Positions 11,301-25,010 of a DNA stretch of 64,000 nucleotides are shown in pieces. The notes beneath the pieces are model-generated. The model was given only the letters and a program-made list of their open reading frames with translations. It was not told the origin of the DNA and made no database searches. The DNA is taken from assembly GCA_038087875.1 (NCBI GenBank), contig CM075981.1, positions 19,220,001 to 19,284,000 on the forward strand. Direction: 5' to 3'. The stretch is from Malacoraja senta (taxonomy: Eukaryota). The translations under genes and the position numbers were made by a program. Every line of letters begins with the position of its first letter. Positions within the stretch are counted from its first letter, which is position 1.

Positions 11301-14300
11301 ATATTTATTTTTTATTTTTATTCGAAGCAATTGTACAAGAATAAAACATTCTGCATGTAAAATTATACAATTATTGTACAGCTTCAATTTTGACCTTTTA
11401 ACTTGAAAATGAGAGAAAACAAGAGAGAAGGAAAAGGTGAAAAGTGAAACGATAAGATCCCTAGACTACCAATGTAGTGTGGCCAAAGAGTGAGTAAAGG
11501 TACAAGAGAGGAAAAGGGGGGAAAAACAACAAAAAACAAAAACAAAGGGAAAAAAAGAAGGTGGGGATATACCTGCCCCTCGTTCCCCCCCCTCCCCCCA
11601 CCCACCTCACCCAACCCATAGTTGGATTTAAATCCAAATTAGTGTTGCGTCATACTATCCTTGTAAGAATTCGGTAAAGGGTGTCCATGTCTTGAAAAAT
11701 TGAACTGTTTTTTCTGCCAGGACAAGCCTAATATTTTCCAAATGTGGTGTCTCAGACATGTTTGTAATGCACATCTTTGCAGTAGGGACTGATGTGTGTT
11801 TCCAAAATGTAAGTATTAATTTTTTCGCCGTTATCAGGCCATAATTAAGGAATCGTCTTTGAAATAGTGTTAGCTCAGAACAGGCTTCTGACGGACCTAG
11901 AGTAATCAATTCTGTGTCGGGGTCCAATTTTATTTGAAGTATTTTAGAAAAAATTTCAGAAATTCCCCTCCAGAAATTATGTAGCTTTATACATGAGGCA
12001 AAAGAATGAGTTATGGTTGCTTCCTGAAGGAGACATTTATCACAGATAGGAGAGACATTTGGGAAGATCTTATTCAGTTTAGACTTTGAATAATAAAGTC
12101 TATGCAGGATTTTAAATTGTATTAACGAATGACTAACGTTAAGAGAACAGTTATGTATATGTAGAAGGCTTTCCTCCCATCTACCTTTTAAAATTGTTAG
12201 GCCCAATTCATCTTCCCAAGCTCGCCTAATTATTTCCGACGATGGGATTTGTATATTTAAAAGGGTATTATAAAGGTACGATATTAACTTATTTGAATCC
12301 GAGTTTCTATTCATGCATTCGTCCAGTATGTCTGGAACCATATATTGACAGTCTTGGGTATGTGATTTCAGATAGTCTCGTATTTGAAAATATCTAAAGT
12401 GTTGGCTACCTTTCAGGTGATATTTCAACTGTAATTCTTGAAATGAGAGGAGAGTACCCATCTCATAAAGATCTCCCAGTATTTTAATTCCTAATCTTTC
12501 CCAATGTGTGAACGCCTTGTCTAAAATAGACGGCTTAAACGAGGGATTGTTGTCGATTGGTGAGAGAAGAGATAAATTTCTCAATTTAAGGGTTGACTTC
12601 ACTTGTTTCCAGATTCGTATGGTACTGTGGATAATCAGGTTTTTCTCATATACTGATTTCTTCCGATTTATTGGAGAGAGAAGAATCGCGCCTATATTAA
12701 AAGGCGAGCAATTTTCTCCATTGTTAACCAATTTACCTGTTGGCATGTATTGTCCATCCAATAGATTAAGTTTTTAATATTCGTTGCCCAGTAATAGAAC
12801 AAATAATTAGGGAGAGCCAGTCCGCCAATTTCTTTGGGTTTACATAAATGTCGTTTATGGATTCTGTGTGTTTTATAATCCCAGTTTGTGATCACAGAAC
12901 TGAGTTTTAAAAAAAATGTTTTAGGGAGAAAAATCGGTTGAATTCAATCGGTATTGATTGAAATAGGTACAGGATTTGTGGAAGGAGGATCATCTTTATG
13001 GCATTTATTCTACCCATGAGGGAAATCGGAAGCGTTTTCCAAAATTGAATAAGGGCATTTAGTTAGGTAATTAATGGTGGAATGTTTGCTTGAAATAGAG
13101 AAGTATATTTTCTAGTTACATAAACTCCAAGATATTTAAATTGATTGAAATAGGTACAGGATTTGTGGAAGGAGGATCATCTTTATGGCATTTATTCTAC
13201 CCATGAGGGAAATCGGAAGCGTTTTCCAAAATTGAATAAGGGCATTTAGTTAGGTAATTAATGGTGGAATGTTTGCTTGAAATAGAGAAGTATATTTTCT
13301 AGTTACGTAAACTCCAAGATATTTAAATTTTACCGTAGCAATTCTAAAAGGAAATTTTAGAAGGTGTGTCGGATCTTGAGGTTTTATTGACATAATTTAA
13401 TTTTTGTTCCAATTTATTCTATATCCTGAAAAGGAACCAAATTCCTCTATAAGATTTAGTATGTTTGGAATACTCTTGGGAATTGGTGATATATAGTAGT
13501 ACGTCATCTGCATAAAACGATATTTTATTATTAGAATATTTAGTATTATAGCCATGAATATTCGGATGTACTCTTATGCTTTCTGCTAACGGTTCAATCG
13601 CAAGGGCAAATAACAGAGGTGATAACGTATAAACCCAGTTCGATCAGAATGTATTAATTTACTGACGTATATGCTTAGTCTTCTTGCCAGGGTTTTAGCT
13701 AATATTTATTTATTTATTTTTTTGCTTGGGCAGTTTTTTTTTAGTTTTTTTAATATTTTATTAGAAGTACAATTGTATACAATCATATTTTCATAATACA
13801 TTTTATGTACAGCTTTTTACTTTTTTATTATAGTAAAGAAGGAAAATAAAAAGAAATTAGATAATAAAGTATAGAAAAACGTGAGATATATAGTGCGTGG
13901 AGAAGAAGAATAGAGAATGAAAGAAGAAAGTTAAAGAGTAGAAAATAGAAAAAAGAGAGTAAAAAAAAAAGGAAAAAAAAGAAAAAAGAAGAAAGGAGAT
14001 CTTATTTATAATCTTGGCCATCCCTCGTCCAGTCCCGAGACAGTTAGCTTTTACAATTGTGTTGCACCATATGATTCCAAAAAGACGACAAATGGAGACC
14101 AACTCGTTATGAATTGGTCAGATATATCTATTAGGAGGAATCACATAAAGGTATAAAATTAGCATTGAATAATGCTTTATGTTTTCTAGTAATCTGAATA
14201 CCCAAATATTTAAATTTTCTGTTGCTATTTTAAAGGGGAACTTCAGTAAGTGTGTAGATTCTTGAGGTTTTAACGTCATGATTTCACTTTTATTCCAATT

Positions 14301-17300
14301 TATTCTATATCCAGAAAAGGACCCAAATTTCTCTATTAAGTTTAATAAATTTGGTATATTCGTTTGTGATTTTGTAATATATAAAAGAATATCGTCTGCA
14401 TATAATGAAATGTTATTATTTGAGTCCCTAGTATTATAACCCTGAATATTCAGATGACTTCTTATACTTTCAGCCAAAGGTTCTATCATAAGGGAAAATA
14501 GCAGGGGTGATAATGCACATCCCTGCCTATTACCCCTTGATAATTGAAATTTTTGAGATAACATATTATTAGTTAATATTCTTGCCATCGGTTTATCATA
14601 TAATAATTTTATCCATGTAATAAAATTCTCTCCCATATTAAATTTTTGCAATACTTTGTATAAATACTACCATTCTACCTGATCAAATGCTTTCTCTGCA
14701 TCCAGAGAAATAATTGATATATCTTCTTCCTCCACTTTATGTGAGTACATTATATTAAACAGGCGTCTCAAATTATTAAATGAATATCTTTTGGGTATAA
14801 ACCCCCGTTTGATCAGGGTTTATCAATTTACTAATATATTTGCTTAGTCTTCTTGCTAAAGTCTTTGCTAGAATTTACTGGTCTGTATTTAAAAGTGATA
14901 TAGCTCTATATGAGCCCGGATCCTCTAATTCTTTATCTTTTTTTGGAATAAGCGTAATAGTTGATTCTGCTAATGTTTCAGGTAGTTTATTTTCTTTAAA
15001 AGCGTGAGTATATAAATTAAATAAATAAGGAGTTGTTATCTCATGAAATTTTTTATCAAATTCATTACTAAAACCTGTCTTACCATTTTTCAACGATTTT
15101 ATTGTTTCACCTATTTCTTCGATTGTAATTTGAGCTCCAAGTTCCGCTTGTTCCAAAAGGTCAAGTTTTGGAAGATTACAATTATCTAAAAAAAAATTAA
15201 TTTTACTATCTTCTATTTTAGTTTTTGATGTATATAAATTTTGATAAAATTGAGCAAATCTTTTATTAATATCTTTAGGTAGTATTAGTAATTCACCTTT
15301 CTCTGATTTAATTTTATTTATAGTATTTTCTTTTTCTTGTTTATTCAGTTGACGAGCTAAAAGCTTATGTGGTTTGTCACCAAACTCCAAATGTTCCTGT
15401 TTTGTAATTTGGAATAATCTTATTATTTGATTAAGTTTAAATTTCAGTAATATTATCTTATTATGTTTATCTATAGTGGAGTCTTTAGCATTATCTAACT
15501 CTAACTGTCTAATTTCTTGTTCTAGCAACATTTGTTCTGTCTTATTCTTTTTATTTTGAAAAATGTTGTATGAAATTATAATTCCTCTAATAAATGCCTT
15601 AAAAGTTTCCCATAATAAAGAAGGCGAGGTACCTGGCATATCATTTGTATCAAAAAAAAGTTTCATTTGTTGTTTTAAATATTGATAACCTTGTATGTCA
15701 TTTAAAATATGTATTAAACCTCAAAAAAAAACTTTTACCCGGCATTCCCTCAAATTTTACTGAAAATGTCAATGGAGAGTGATCAGAAATACTACTAATG
15801 TGGTATGTTGGATTAATTGTATATGGCATTAATTTCATATCCATTAAAAAATAATCAATTCTTGAATAAGTTTTATGTACCGAAGAATAAAACGAGTATT
15901 CCCTTCCAGCTGGATTAGCAGATCTCCATACATCTACTATATTAGTATTTTTTATATATGTATTTAAAAGTTCACTAGTCTTAGATTTTAAATTACTCCT
16001 CTTTTGTTTTACTGATTTGTCTAGATACGGATCTAAAACACAATTGAAGTCCTCTCCTATTATCACATTCTGATAATTAAACTCTGATATTATATCTATA
16101 ATTTAATCAAAAAATTTGGGGTTGTCAAAGTTCGGAGCGTAAATATTTATCATAGTTAGTGGGGTTGCATAAATTTCTCCCGAAACTATAATATACCTTC
16201 CCTCTTTATCTGATATAGTATTCTTTAATTTAAAAGGTATACCTTTTCGGATAAGAATAGCCGTACCTCTAGATTTAGAAGTAAATGACGAATAGTATGT
16301 TTAAATATTAGCTAATATTTTCTGATCTGTATTTAGCAGAGCTATTGCTCTATATGATCCCGGCTCTTCGAGATCTTTATCTTTTTTGGGTATCAATGTA
16401 ATAGTTGATTCGGCTAAAGTTTGTCGTAGCATTTGTTCTTTAAATGTGTGTATATAAAGGGCTTGTAAACGCGGGTAGATTAAATCATAAATTTTTTAAA
16501 TAAAATTAATTACTAAACCCGTCTGGGCCTGGCGTTTTACCATTATTCAGTGAATTAATAGTCTCTTCAATTTCTTTTATTGTGATCAACGCTCCCAATT
16601 CTTCACGTTCCGCCACGTTAAGTGATGGAAGATTGCAATTGTCGAAGAAGTTTTTAATTTTTATCATTTCTACTGAAGTTTTAGATGTGTATAAATTTTG
16701 ATAGAATTGTAAAAATCTTTCATTAATATTTTAGGGAATGTAAACAACTCGCCTTTTTCTGGTCTAATTTTTTGAATAGTATGATCTTTTTCCATTTTTC
16801 TCAAGTGGCGTGCCAGAAGTTTATGCAGTTTGTCGCCAAATTCAAAGTTTTTCTGTTTAGTAATTTGAAATAACCTGATAACTCTTGCAGAGAGAATTTG
16901 ATTTAACTTGAATTTTAATACTGCTATTTTATTATGTTTATCCATTGAAGGATCTATAGCATTTTCTGAATCCAGCTGTCTGATCTGTTTTTCTAATTCC
17001 AGTTTTTCCATCCTATTCTTTTTATTTTGATATGCTTGATATGAAATAATAGAACCTCTAATAAAGGCCTTAAAAGATTCCCATAATAACAAAGCCGAGA
17101 TACCTGGTGTATCATTTGTCTCATAAAACAATTCCATCTGTTGCTTCAGATATTCACAGTATGCTGGGTCAGTTAATATTTGAGGATTAAATCTCCAGAA
17201 CATTTTTTTATTGTACATTCCTTCTAGTTTTAGGGAGAAAGTTAGAGGAGAATGATCCGAAATAATATTATTGTGATATTTGGGATTTGTTGTAAAAGGT

Positions 17301-19350
17301 ATTAATTTTGTGTCCACCAAAAAATAATCAATACGTGTATACGTTTTATGCATGGCTGAATAGAAAGAATATTCTCTTCCGGATAGATTCACAATCCTCC
17401 ATACGTCTGTTATATTTGTGTTTTTTATATACGTGTTTAGGAGTTTGCTAGATTTTGATTATGTATTATATCTCCTTTGTTGTGAGGATTTATGCAGATA
17501 TTGATCCAGAACACAATTGAAGTCTCCTCCAATTATCAGATTTTGCTGGGTGGAATCTGAGATTATATTAATTATTTTATTAAAAAATTGAGGGTTATCA
17601 AAGTTGGGAGCGAAAAATATTCACCATAGTAAGTGGGGTAGAATATATCTCCCCAGATACTAAGACGTACCTACCCTCCTTATCTGCTATAGTGGCTTTA
17701 TGTTTAAATGGTATACCTTTACGAATTATAATTGCAGTACCTCTGGATTTGGAGAGAAAGGTAGAGTGATATAATTGGCCAATCCAGTTAGCCTTCAGCC
17801 TGTTAAATTTAAATTTAAATTGTCTTCGCAGCTGAATTATTCAGGGAGACCTTGAACAATCTCCCTGCGCTTCTCTCACGAATCCTTCTCTTTTTTCCCC
17901 ACACACATTCCATTCTATCTCTGATAAGTTAGTCTAGACTTAACCGCCTGTGTACCTGTCGGCCATCTTATACAAAGATTTTTATACATCTTTTTTTTTT
18001 TTAAACACATATCACTCTACCCCCTTATAAATACATATAAAAGGGGTAAATTAAACACACAATATAACAAGCAGGTCCAGTAAAGCATAAACCTGGCTAG
18101 TAATCAAAATCAAAGCATTTTCATACAGAGCTATGCCGAATGTTACTTATCTACTTGTCCTTTGCTATACCTTTTGCTATGTCTTGCGCATATTTAAATG
18201 CATCTTCTGGGTCAATGAAGAAACGCTCCAATTCTCTGTATGTGACCCTTAATTTGGCTGGATACATTAGTCCATATCTTAAGCCTGGTATGTCTCTGAG
18301 GATAACACGAGACTTGGTGAAAAGTGCTCTCTTCCTGACAACCTCTGCTGGATAATCTCTGAAGATTCTTATGTTTTCTCCTTCAAACATCAGATTTCTT
18401 GTGCTTGCAACTTTCTTCATGATGTCTTCAAGAGCTGATGGGTGGTGTAGTTTCAGTATAAGTTGTCTTGGTGGAGCTCCAGCTCCTGGTCGGGCTCTCT
18501 GAGCTCGATGTGCCCGGACAATTTTCGGTCTCTCAGGCAGATTAAATACCTGTTGGAGTAAGTCGGCAGTAAATCTCCGAGAATCTTTTCCAACTTCCTT
18601 CCCTTCCTTCACCCCAACAATTCTTAAGTTTTGGCGTTTAGACCGACCTTCGAGATCTAGGCATTTTTCGGTCATTCTGGCCAATTGCCCAGAGACACGG
18701 TCAAGTTCCTTCTTCAGTCTTTGAGTTGTCGGAGAGATATCCGTAGTTGCAGCCTCCAGTTCTCTGATGGCATCATTTTGTTTTTTTGAGGTGAGGAGAA
18801 TGGGTTCCAACTTACTGCTGATATCCTCTTCGACCCTTTTAATTTCTCCTTTCAAAGAGGAATTCACCTCCTCGATTCGAGCTTGTAGAGTGTAAATTTT
18901 TCCACAGATTTCTGTTTTCCCAGCATTGTTGAACATCAAGTTTTGTTTCTAAGTTTCCAAGCTTTTCAGCCAGCACTTCTCCAAAGTCTTTTACCATAGC
19001 CAGTCTTAAAGCTTAATCATGTTCTTGCACTTCCATAGTAGAAATTAGTCCTTCTTCCTCAGATTCTTGAAAAGTTTCTTCACCTTCCTCTTGTGGAACC
19101 TGCCTTCGAGTTCTGTATCTACTCAGAGGTGGAGTAGGCAGACTCCTTCTGTGAGCCCATTTTTTCATTTTAAAATACTGATATCCAGTCGGTATCGCGT
19201 AGATTTCTGATGACGCCACTTACGCAACGTCGGGCATCTGCCAGTAAGTGTTTTTCCTTCAGACCGTTTTTATTTTTCAGGTATTTTAACGCGTTTTACG
19301 AAGCGGAGCTAAATGGAGCGCCTCTTACTGCTCCATGGCGCCACCGGAAC
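11301..19350 (-). mobile_element. Full-length but degenerate L1 LINE with 17-bp TSD
   Basis: TSD ATATGATGCATATATAT at 11284-11300 and 19351-19367. GC-rich 5' UTR starting gttccggtgg; ORF1 (DLEGRSKRQNLRIVGVKEG) at 18151-18939; endonuclease, RT and ORF2 C-terminal remnants; A-rich tail. Contains a 187-bp near-perfect tandem duplication at 12954-13327. Confidence 0.92.
13708..16307 (-). mobile_element. Second L1, 5'-truncated and internally deleted, nested in ORF2 of the first
   Basis: TSD TTAGCTAATATTT at 13695-13707 and 16308-16320. Has its own 3' UTR and tail. Closely similar to the 60423-63060 copy but lacks roughly 1.3 kb near 14145. Confidence 0.88.
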
Positions 19351-20764
19351 ATATGATGCATATATATGTATGACATATACGTACATAAATATATAACACA
19401 CATATATATATATATATTCTCCCGTTTCTTTCTTGTGACCTCTAATTATTTGTTGAGCAACCTTTTTCTTTCTTTCTTTCTTTCATTCATTCAACCTCTC
19501 TCTCCCTCTATGAAATCCTAATATTAAGAATAAAATATCAATGAACACAAAGGCTGGTGGGACAGGATCAAGGGTTTGGTTTAGTCCAGGGTTCGGCAAC
19601 CTTTTTTGCATAAGGGCCCGGACCCTCTGGGACTAGCTGCAGCTTCCAGGTCGCCTGCGAGCCCCTGGTCCAGCTGCAGTTCCGCTGTCCGGTCCGGGCG
19701 GCTGAGTGAGTTGCTGGCATGATCCCCCGACCCCCCACTTCTCAACACACCTGCCCTCCCCGCAACTTTACCCATGGCGGCCCAACCGTGCTGACCCTGG
19801 CCAGATTCCCCACGTGCTGTGGAAGGAAAATAGGCACATTTTGGCTTTTTATTGTGATTTATGGATTATGCACCAACCCACTCAATTTGAAATAATTCAA
19901 CATCGAAATTCATAAACAAGGATAACAATTTTTATTTCTGTCATTCATGGTAAGATTTACATAGTTGACATTGTTTTGTGTGTGAGATATACAGGGTTGC
20001 AGTGTTTCGAATATCAGCTAACCAAAGATGGCAGTACTTTGACAAGTACTCCGTAGTTCGGTGTAGGAGATCTTGTTGACGAGTATTCTGGACCCTCTGT
20101 CGACATCTGAAATCACAGAAAATATCATATTGGATTAACATAAGAACAATCTTATTATGATTAACATTAATTTATAAGAATATCTTATAGGATTAACTTA
20201 TGAGAACTAATTTGATAATAACTACATACCTGCAGAATGGATAACATATCACTTAAATGCAAAAATTGTTTTCAGGGGTGGGGAGAGACATGTATATTGA
20301 AGACGCATTTTTCCACTAATATGTCAATTTATCTTAAATGTAGAAGAGCTTATTAAAATCTTCTTACACTAGCATGCATGCCTTACAACAAGAGCATAAC
20401 CAAAAATGTACAGCAGGTGCATAAATCCTGTAGGAGGTGGAGCAGGTTGACAGAGCAATTAATACAGCAAATAGGATGCTGGACATTAACAGAGACATTA
20501 ATATGAAAAAATCTAAAAATATGTCATGTAATATAATACATTATTGGGATCATAAGTAGAATTGTATATGGTTATATGTTACATGTATATGGTTACAGGC
20601 ATCATACATTAGGAAGGAAATTAAGGCTTTAATGTGTGCTCCTCGTGTTCCCTTGGTATGGGAACTGTACAAGTGCAAGAGTCTAGATCACAGATCATAG
20701 TCCCTTCTACGATCTTTGGTCTAGATGTTCTGCTGAATTTGTATGAGAGGCAGAAAGAAATTAC

Positions 20765-20870
20765 ATTATTTAGCCTTCCCCATCTCTCCCACTTGATAGC
20801 TCAGATAGTCGAGTCCTGGCAACGACTCGACTAGCTGAGCTATAGGGAGAGAGCGGGCAGGCTAAATAAT
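20765..20870. repeat. Isolated ~106-bp imperfect hairpin
   Basis: attatttagcct...tctctccc...tagctcagatagtcgagtc[ctggcaac]gactcgactagctgagcta...gggagaga...aggctaaataat. Confidence 0.75.
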
Positions 20871-22379
20871 ATTTTCATTACACGACAGAAAGTAATACAT
20901 TTTTCCTAACCTTTCGTTTTTCATGGGGATCCTGAAGAAAGACTGGCCGGGTCGCCAAGTACATGCTTGGTGATTCGAGCAGTACGCTCCGCTTGTAGAT
21001 GTGGACGCCGCCATGACAGAAGCCGGTTAGGGAAATGGCGCTGAGGATTACCCATCAGCTACTACGGCTTTATCGTGGAGTGGACCATCTTGCTCTGCTC
21101 TAGTATCTTTGTCCACCACACTCTCATGCGGTGTGGTCCAGTCTCCAACCACCCTTTGGGTGAAACAATCTTTTCCTCAGATCGCTCTTATTCCTCACCC
21201 TAACCTTATGCCCCCTTACTGTGAACAGTTCTATTGTGGGGTTAGGGAACATACTGATGAATCTCCTCTGCACTCTCACCAGTGCAATGAAATCCATCCT
21301 TTAGTGCGGTGACCCGAACTGTATATAATACTCTCACTGAATTCTAATCACTATGTTATAAAGTTGCACCATAATGTCTCTGTTCTGTATTAAATGTCCC
21401 AGGTAATGAACCCCACACACAGGATGGTGTGCCTCCCTGGTGCCAGAGTTGGGGATGTGTCTGAATGGAACAGAACATTCGCAAAGTGAGGGGTGGGGTG
21501 GGGGTCGGTCGGGAGTGGCCTGAAGTTGTTGACAGGTAGAAAAACGCTGAGATCCTGTGGACCAGAAAGGATTTACTAGGATGTTGCCAAGATAATAGGG
21601 ACTGAGTTACAGGGAAAGGATGGCCAGTCTAGGAATTTATTCATTGAACGGACAAGACTAATCGTATCGAGGTATCTAAAATCATGAATAACATAGATAG
21701 GATGACTACACATAGTTTTTTTCCTGGTGTTGGGGAATTAAGAACTTGAGGGCATAGCTCTAAGATGGGAAAGATTGAACAGGAACCTAGGGGGCATATT
21801 TTTCACATAGAAGGAGGGGGTGGAATATATATATATATAATACTGTATATGGAATGCTGCCCGAGGTAGGTACATCGTAACATTTAAGACTTTTGGACAG
21901 GTACGTGAAATGGTTTAGAGGGATAAGTCAAATTTTGGCAAATGGTATCAGCTTAAGTTAGGAAGGATGAGTTGGGCCGAAGAGCCTATCTTCTTGGAGA
22001 CCCAAGGAACTGCTGAATTTGGTTTATTATAAAGGGGGGAGGGAGGCAGTTGGGTGGAGATATAGATAGCTGGAAGAGAGGTGGGGGCAGGACAATGTTT
22101 GGGAAGTGATAGGTTGGTGCAGGTGAGGTGGGATTTGATTGGCAGTTGCATAATTCTCCGACATTTCCGCCAACTTCAATGTGATCCCACCACTAGTCTC
22201 ATATTCCCATCCCCACCCATTTCCACCTTCTGCAGAGACCACTCCCTTCACAACCTGGTTTCATTCATCCCTTCCCACATTTTCCACCCCTTCCCTCGTT
22301 ATTTACATGTGACACCTGCCCTATAATGTGAATGGTCGGCATGAATTAGGTGGGCCAAAGGGCCTGTTCCATGCTGTAT

Positions 22380-25010
22380 CTCCTACCTAAACTAAAATAT
22401 AGTTAAATATATTAAAATATTGTAACCATTTGCTGTTTTTCTTGCTCTCATATTCTGCTTCCCCTTTCTTTGTCAATGTCTTGATCCTTTGCTCAACTGT
22501 GAAATGTTTTGCAGTCCTTAGGTCTAATATTCATTGGTATGGGTCTAATATTCATAAGTATGAGTTTATTATTGTTATGTGTGGTGAGGTACAGTGTAAA
22601 TCTTTATTTTGCATGCTACCCAAACAGATCAGTTAGTCCATGCACAGACACAATCATTTCAAACTGAGTACAATAGATAGAGCAAAGATAAAGATAGAGT
22701 GCAGAATATAGTTCCCAGCATTGTGGCACCAGTTTTCGACATTTCCTTTGATCTAATCTCTTTAATCTTATTAACCACAGTTGTCGTACTTATGTTTGTG
22801 TTCCGGTGTGGAAATTTTCTAACTACTGGCTCAGTCTAGTTAATGGGTGGCATTACTGGCTCCTACCATGTTTTTGAAGGTAGAAACTCAGTCAAACAGT
22901 CATCGCAGTCTGTGCTTTCAGTTTGCTTTATTCAGATATATTCACACTAGTCGGGAGGGGGGAGCGGGGGGGAGGGATGTCCGTCGTTACAGACAAACTG
23001 GCAATTTCATCACAGAACAAAAACAATTGGAAACCTTTGCAACTGCCGTTGGTTCCAGCAACAGTCCATTATTTCTCGGGGTCATTGATCTGACACAGGC
23101 TCTGTTCTGATCCTGTGCCCACGGTGTTATCCCTCTCCCGGTCTCACCTGCTCCACTCGCAGACACTCCACCTCCATGTTTCATTCATCCCTTCCCACAT
23201 TTTCAATCTCCTCCCCAGGTATTTACATGTACTGTAACAAATGCCCTATCGTGTGAATAGGTAATCGATGGTCTGCATGGACTGGGTGGGCTGAAGGGCC
23301 TGTTCCACGCTGCATTTCCTACCTAAATTAAAATATAGTTTCTCCTGATTCCATATCAACATTAGTCAATCATTGCCACTCTACAGATCTACAGATGTTT
23401 GTAAACATTTGCTGTTTTTCTTGCTCTTTTATTCTGCTTCCCCTTTCTTTGCCAATGACTTGATCCTTTTCTCAACTGTTAAACGTTTTACAAACCGTGG
23501 GTACAAATATTACAAACTTTAGTAAAATTTTAAGTTTGTGTTTATTATTGTCACGTGCGGTGAGGTACAGTGGATAGCTTTATTTTGCAAGCTACCCAAA
23601 CAGATTAGATAGTCCATACACAGACAATAACTTCAAACTAAAGTACAGTAGATAGAGCAAAGGTAAATATATAGCGAGCAGAATATAATTCCCAGCAGTG
23701 CAGCTCATCAGTTTTAGGCCTATTTTAAAATCTCTTTCATCTTATTAACCACAGCTGTAGTACTTCTGTTGTTTGTGTTCAGGTGTGGAAACCTTTTGAA
23801 CAACTGGCTCAGTCTAGTTAAAGGGTGCTCTCGCTGGCTCCTACCGTGTGTTTGAAAGTAGTTTCTCAGTCAACCAGAGTCATCTCACTCTCTATGCTTT
23901 CATAGTTTGCTTCAGATATATTCACACTTAAGGGCCTGTCCCACGTGGGCGACATTTTCGGCGACAGCCTGAAAAGAGGTTGTCTCGGTGTGACGCGGGG
24001 TGACGCATGTAGTGACGCGCGGTGTCTCCCTGCCGCCCCTGGATTTTGGAATGTTCAAAATCTTCAGGCGACATCTGGGTGTCTTGTCATGTTGTGCGCC
24101 CTGTCACACGCTGACGTATGCTGTCCTGCGGGTGATGCCCGGTGACGCGGGTATATAAAGCGCCGACTTTCAAAGCTTTTTAGATTATTTGGCTGAAGAT
24201 AGCCAGGGCCAAAGTGGCTATAAAGAATGAAAAGTACAAAAGTACATAAATGTACAAAGTACATTATTAAGAACATCTGAAATGATGTTCTTTCTAATAT
24301 GGTGAAAAAATAAAGACATTTTTGTCTTGTTGAAGTTCATTGGAATTGATGAAAATTGTAACATTATTGTCAGATCTGACTAATTGAACTGTTGAATAAA
24401 ATTTTTGCATAAGTATGATGTTCTTTGAAATATGCCGTTAAATATATACAGTTACTTTTGTTGACGTTAAACCTTTCTTGTTAAACAAATTGTTGTTTTT
24501 CAATATGATGTTATTTTTAAGCTGATGTTTAATAAACAATTTATTTCTTTAAAAGTTATTGGTCCTTAGATTTATTGTAGATAAAATCAGTCCAATGTGA
24601 TTATTCTACTTCAGTGCAACCTTCCTGTTGTGAAGGCGGGTGACGAGGAATGTCATAGCCTGTCGTAGATTGACGTACATCTTTACGTTTTTTAGGGCGT
24701 CTACGGGCGTCAGTCACTGACACTCGCAGTCGCCGAAAAAAATCGCAAAGTGGGACAGGCCATTTACAGTTGGCAAGGGGAAAGGTGGAGAGTGAAGAAA
24801 GGAGGGGAGGAGGGGATGTCCGGTCGTTACTGACAAACTGGCAATTTCTTCACAGAACAAACACAATTGGAAACCTTTGCAGCCGTCTTTGGTTCCAGGA
24901 ACGGTCCGTTGTTTCTTGGGATCATTGGTTGGGCACAGGTTCTCTTCTGATTCTGTGCCCACGGCGCTCTCCCTCTCCCGGTCTCACCTGCTCAACTCGC
25001 AGACACAACA
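22380..25010. repeat. Diverged tandem duplication of a ~0.9-kb unit; second copy split by a MITE
   Basis: catttgctgtttttcttgctc at 22427 and 23407; ttcagatatattcacact at 22931 and 23911; acaaactggcaatttc...ggtctcacctgct at about 22993-23152 and 24833-24992. Confidence 0.8.
23931..24763. mobile_element. Non-autonomous PIF/Harbinger DNA transposon (MITE)
   Basis: Imperfect ~35-bp TIRs AGGGCCTGTCCCAC...TTTTCGGCGAC / GTCGCCGAAAAA...GTGGGACAGGCCAT; TTA TSD on both sides; absent from the paralogous site at about 22948. Confidence 0.85.

Noticed and set aside
12954-13327. 187-bp tandem duplication inside L1 as a functional feature
   Set aside because: Near-identical local duplication (one difference seen) in a dead element; may be an assembly artefact.
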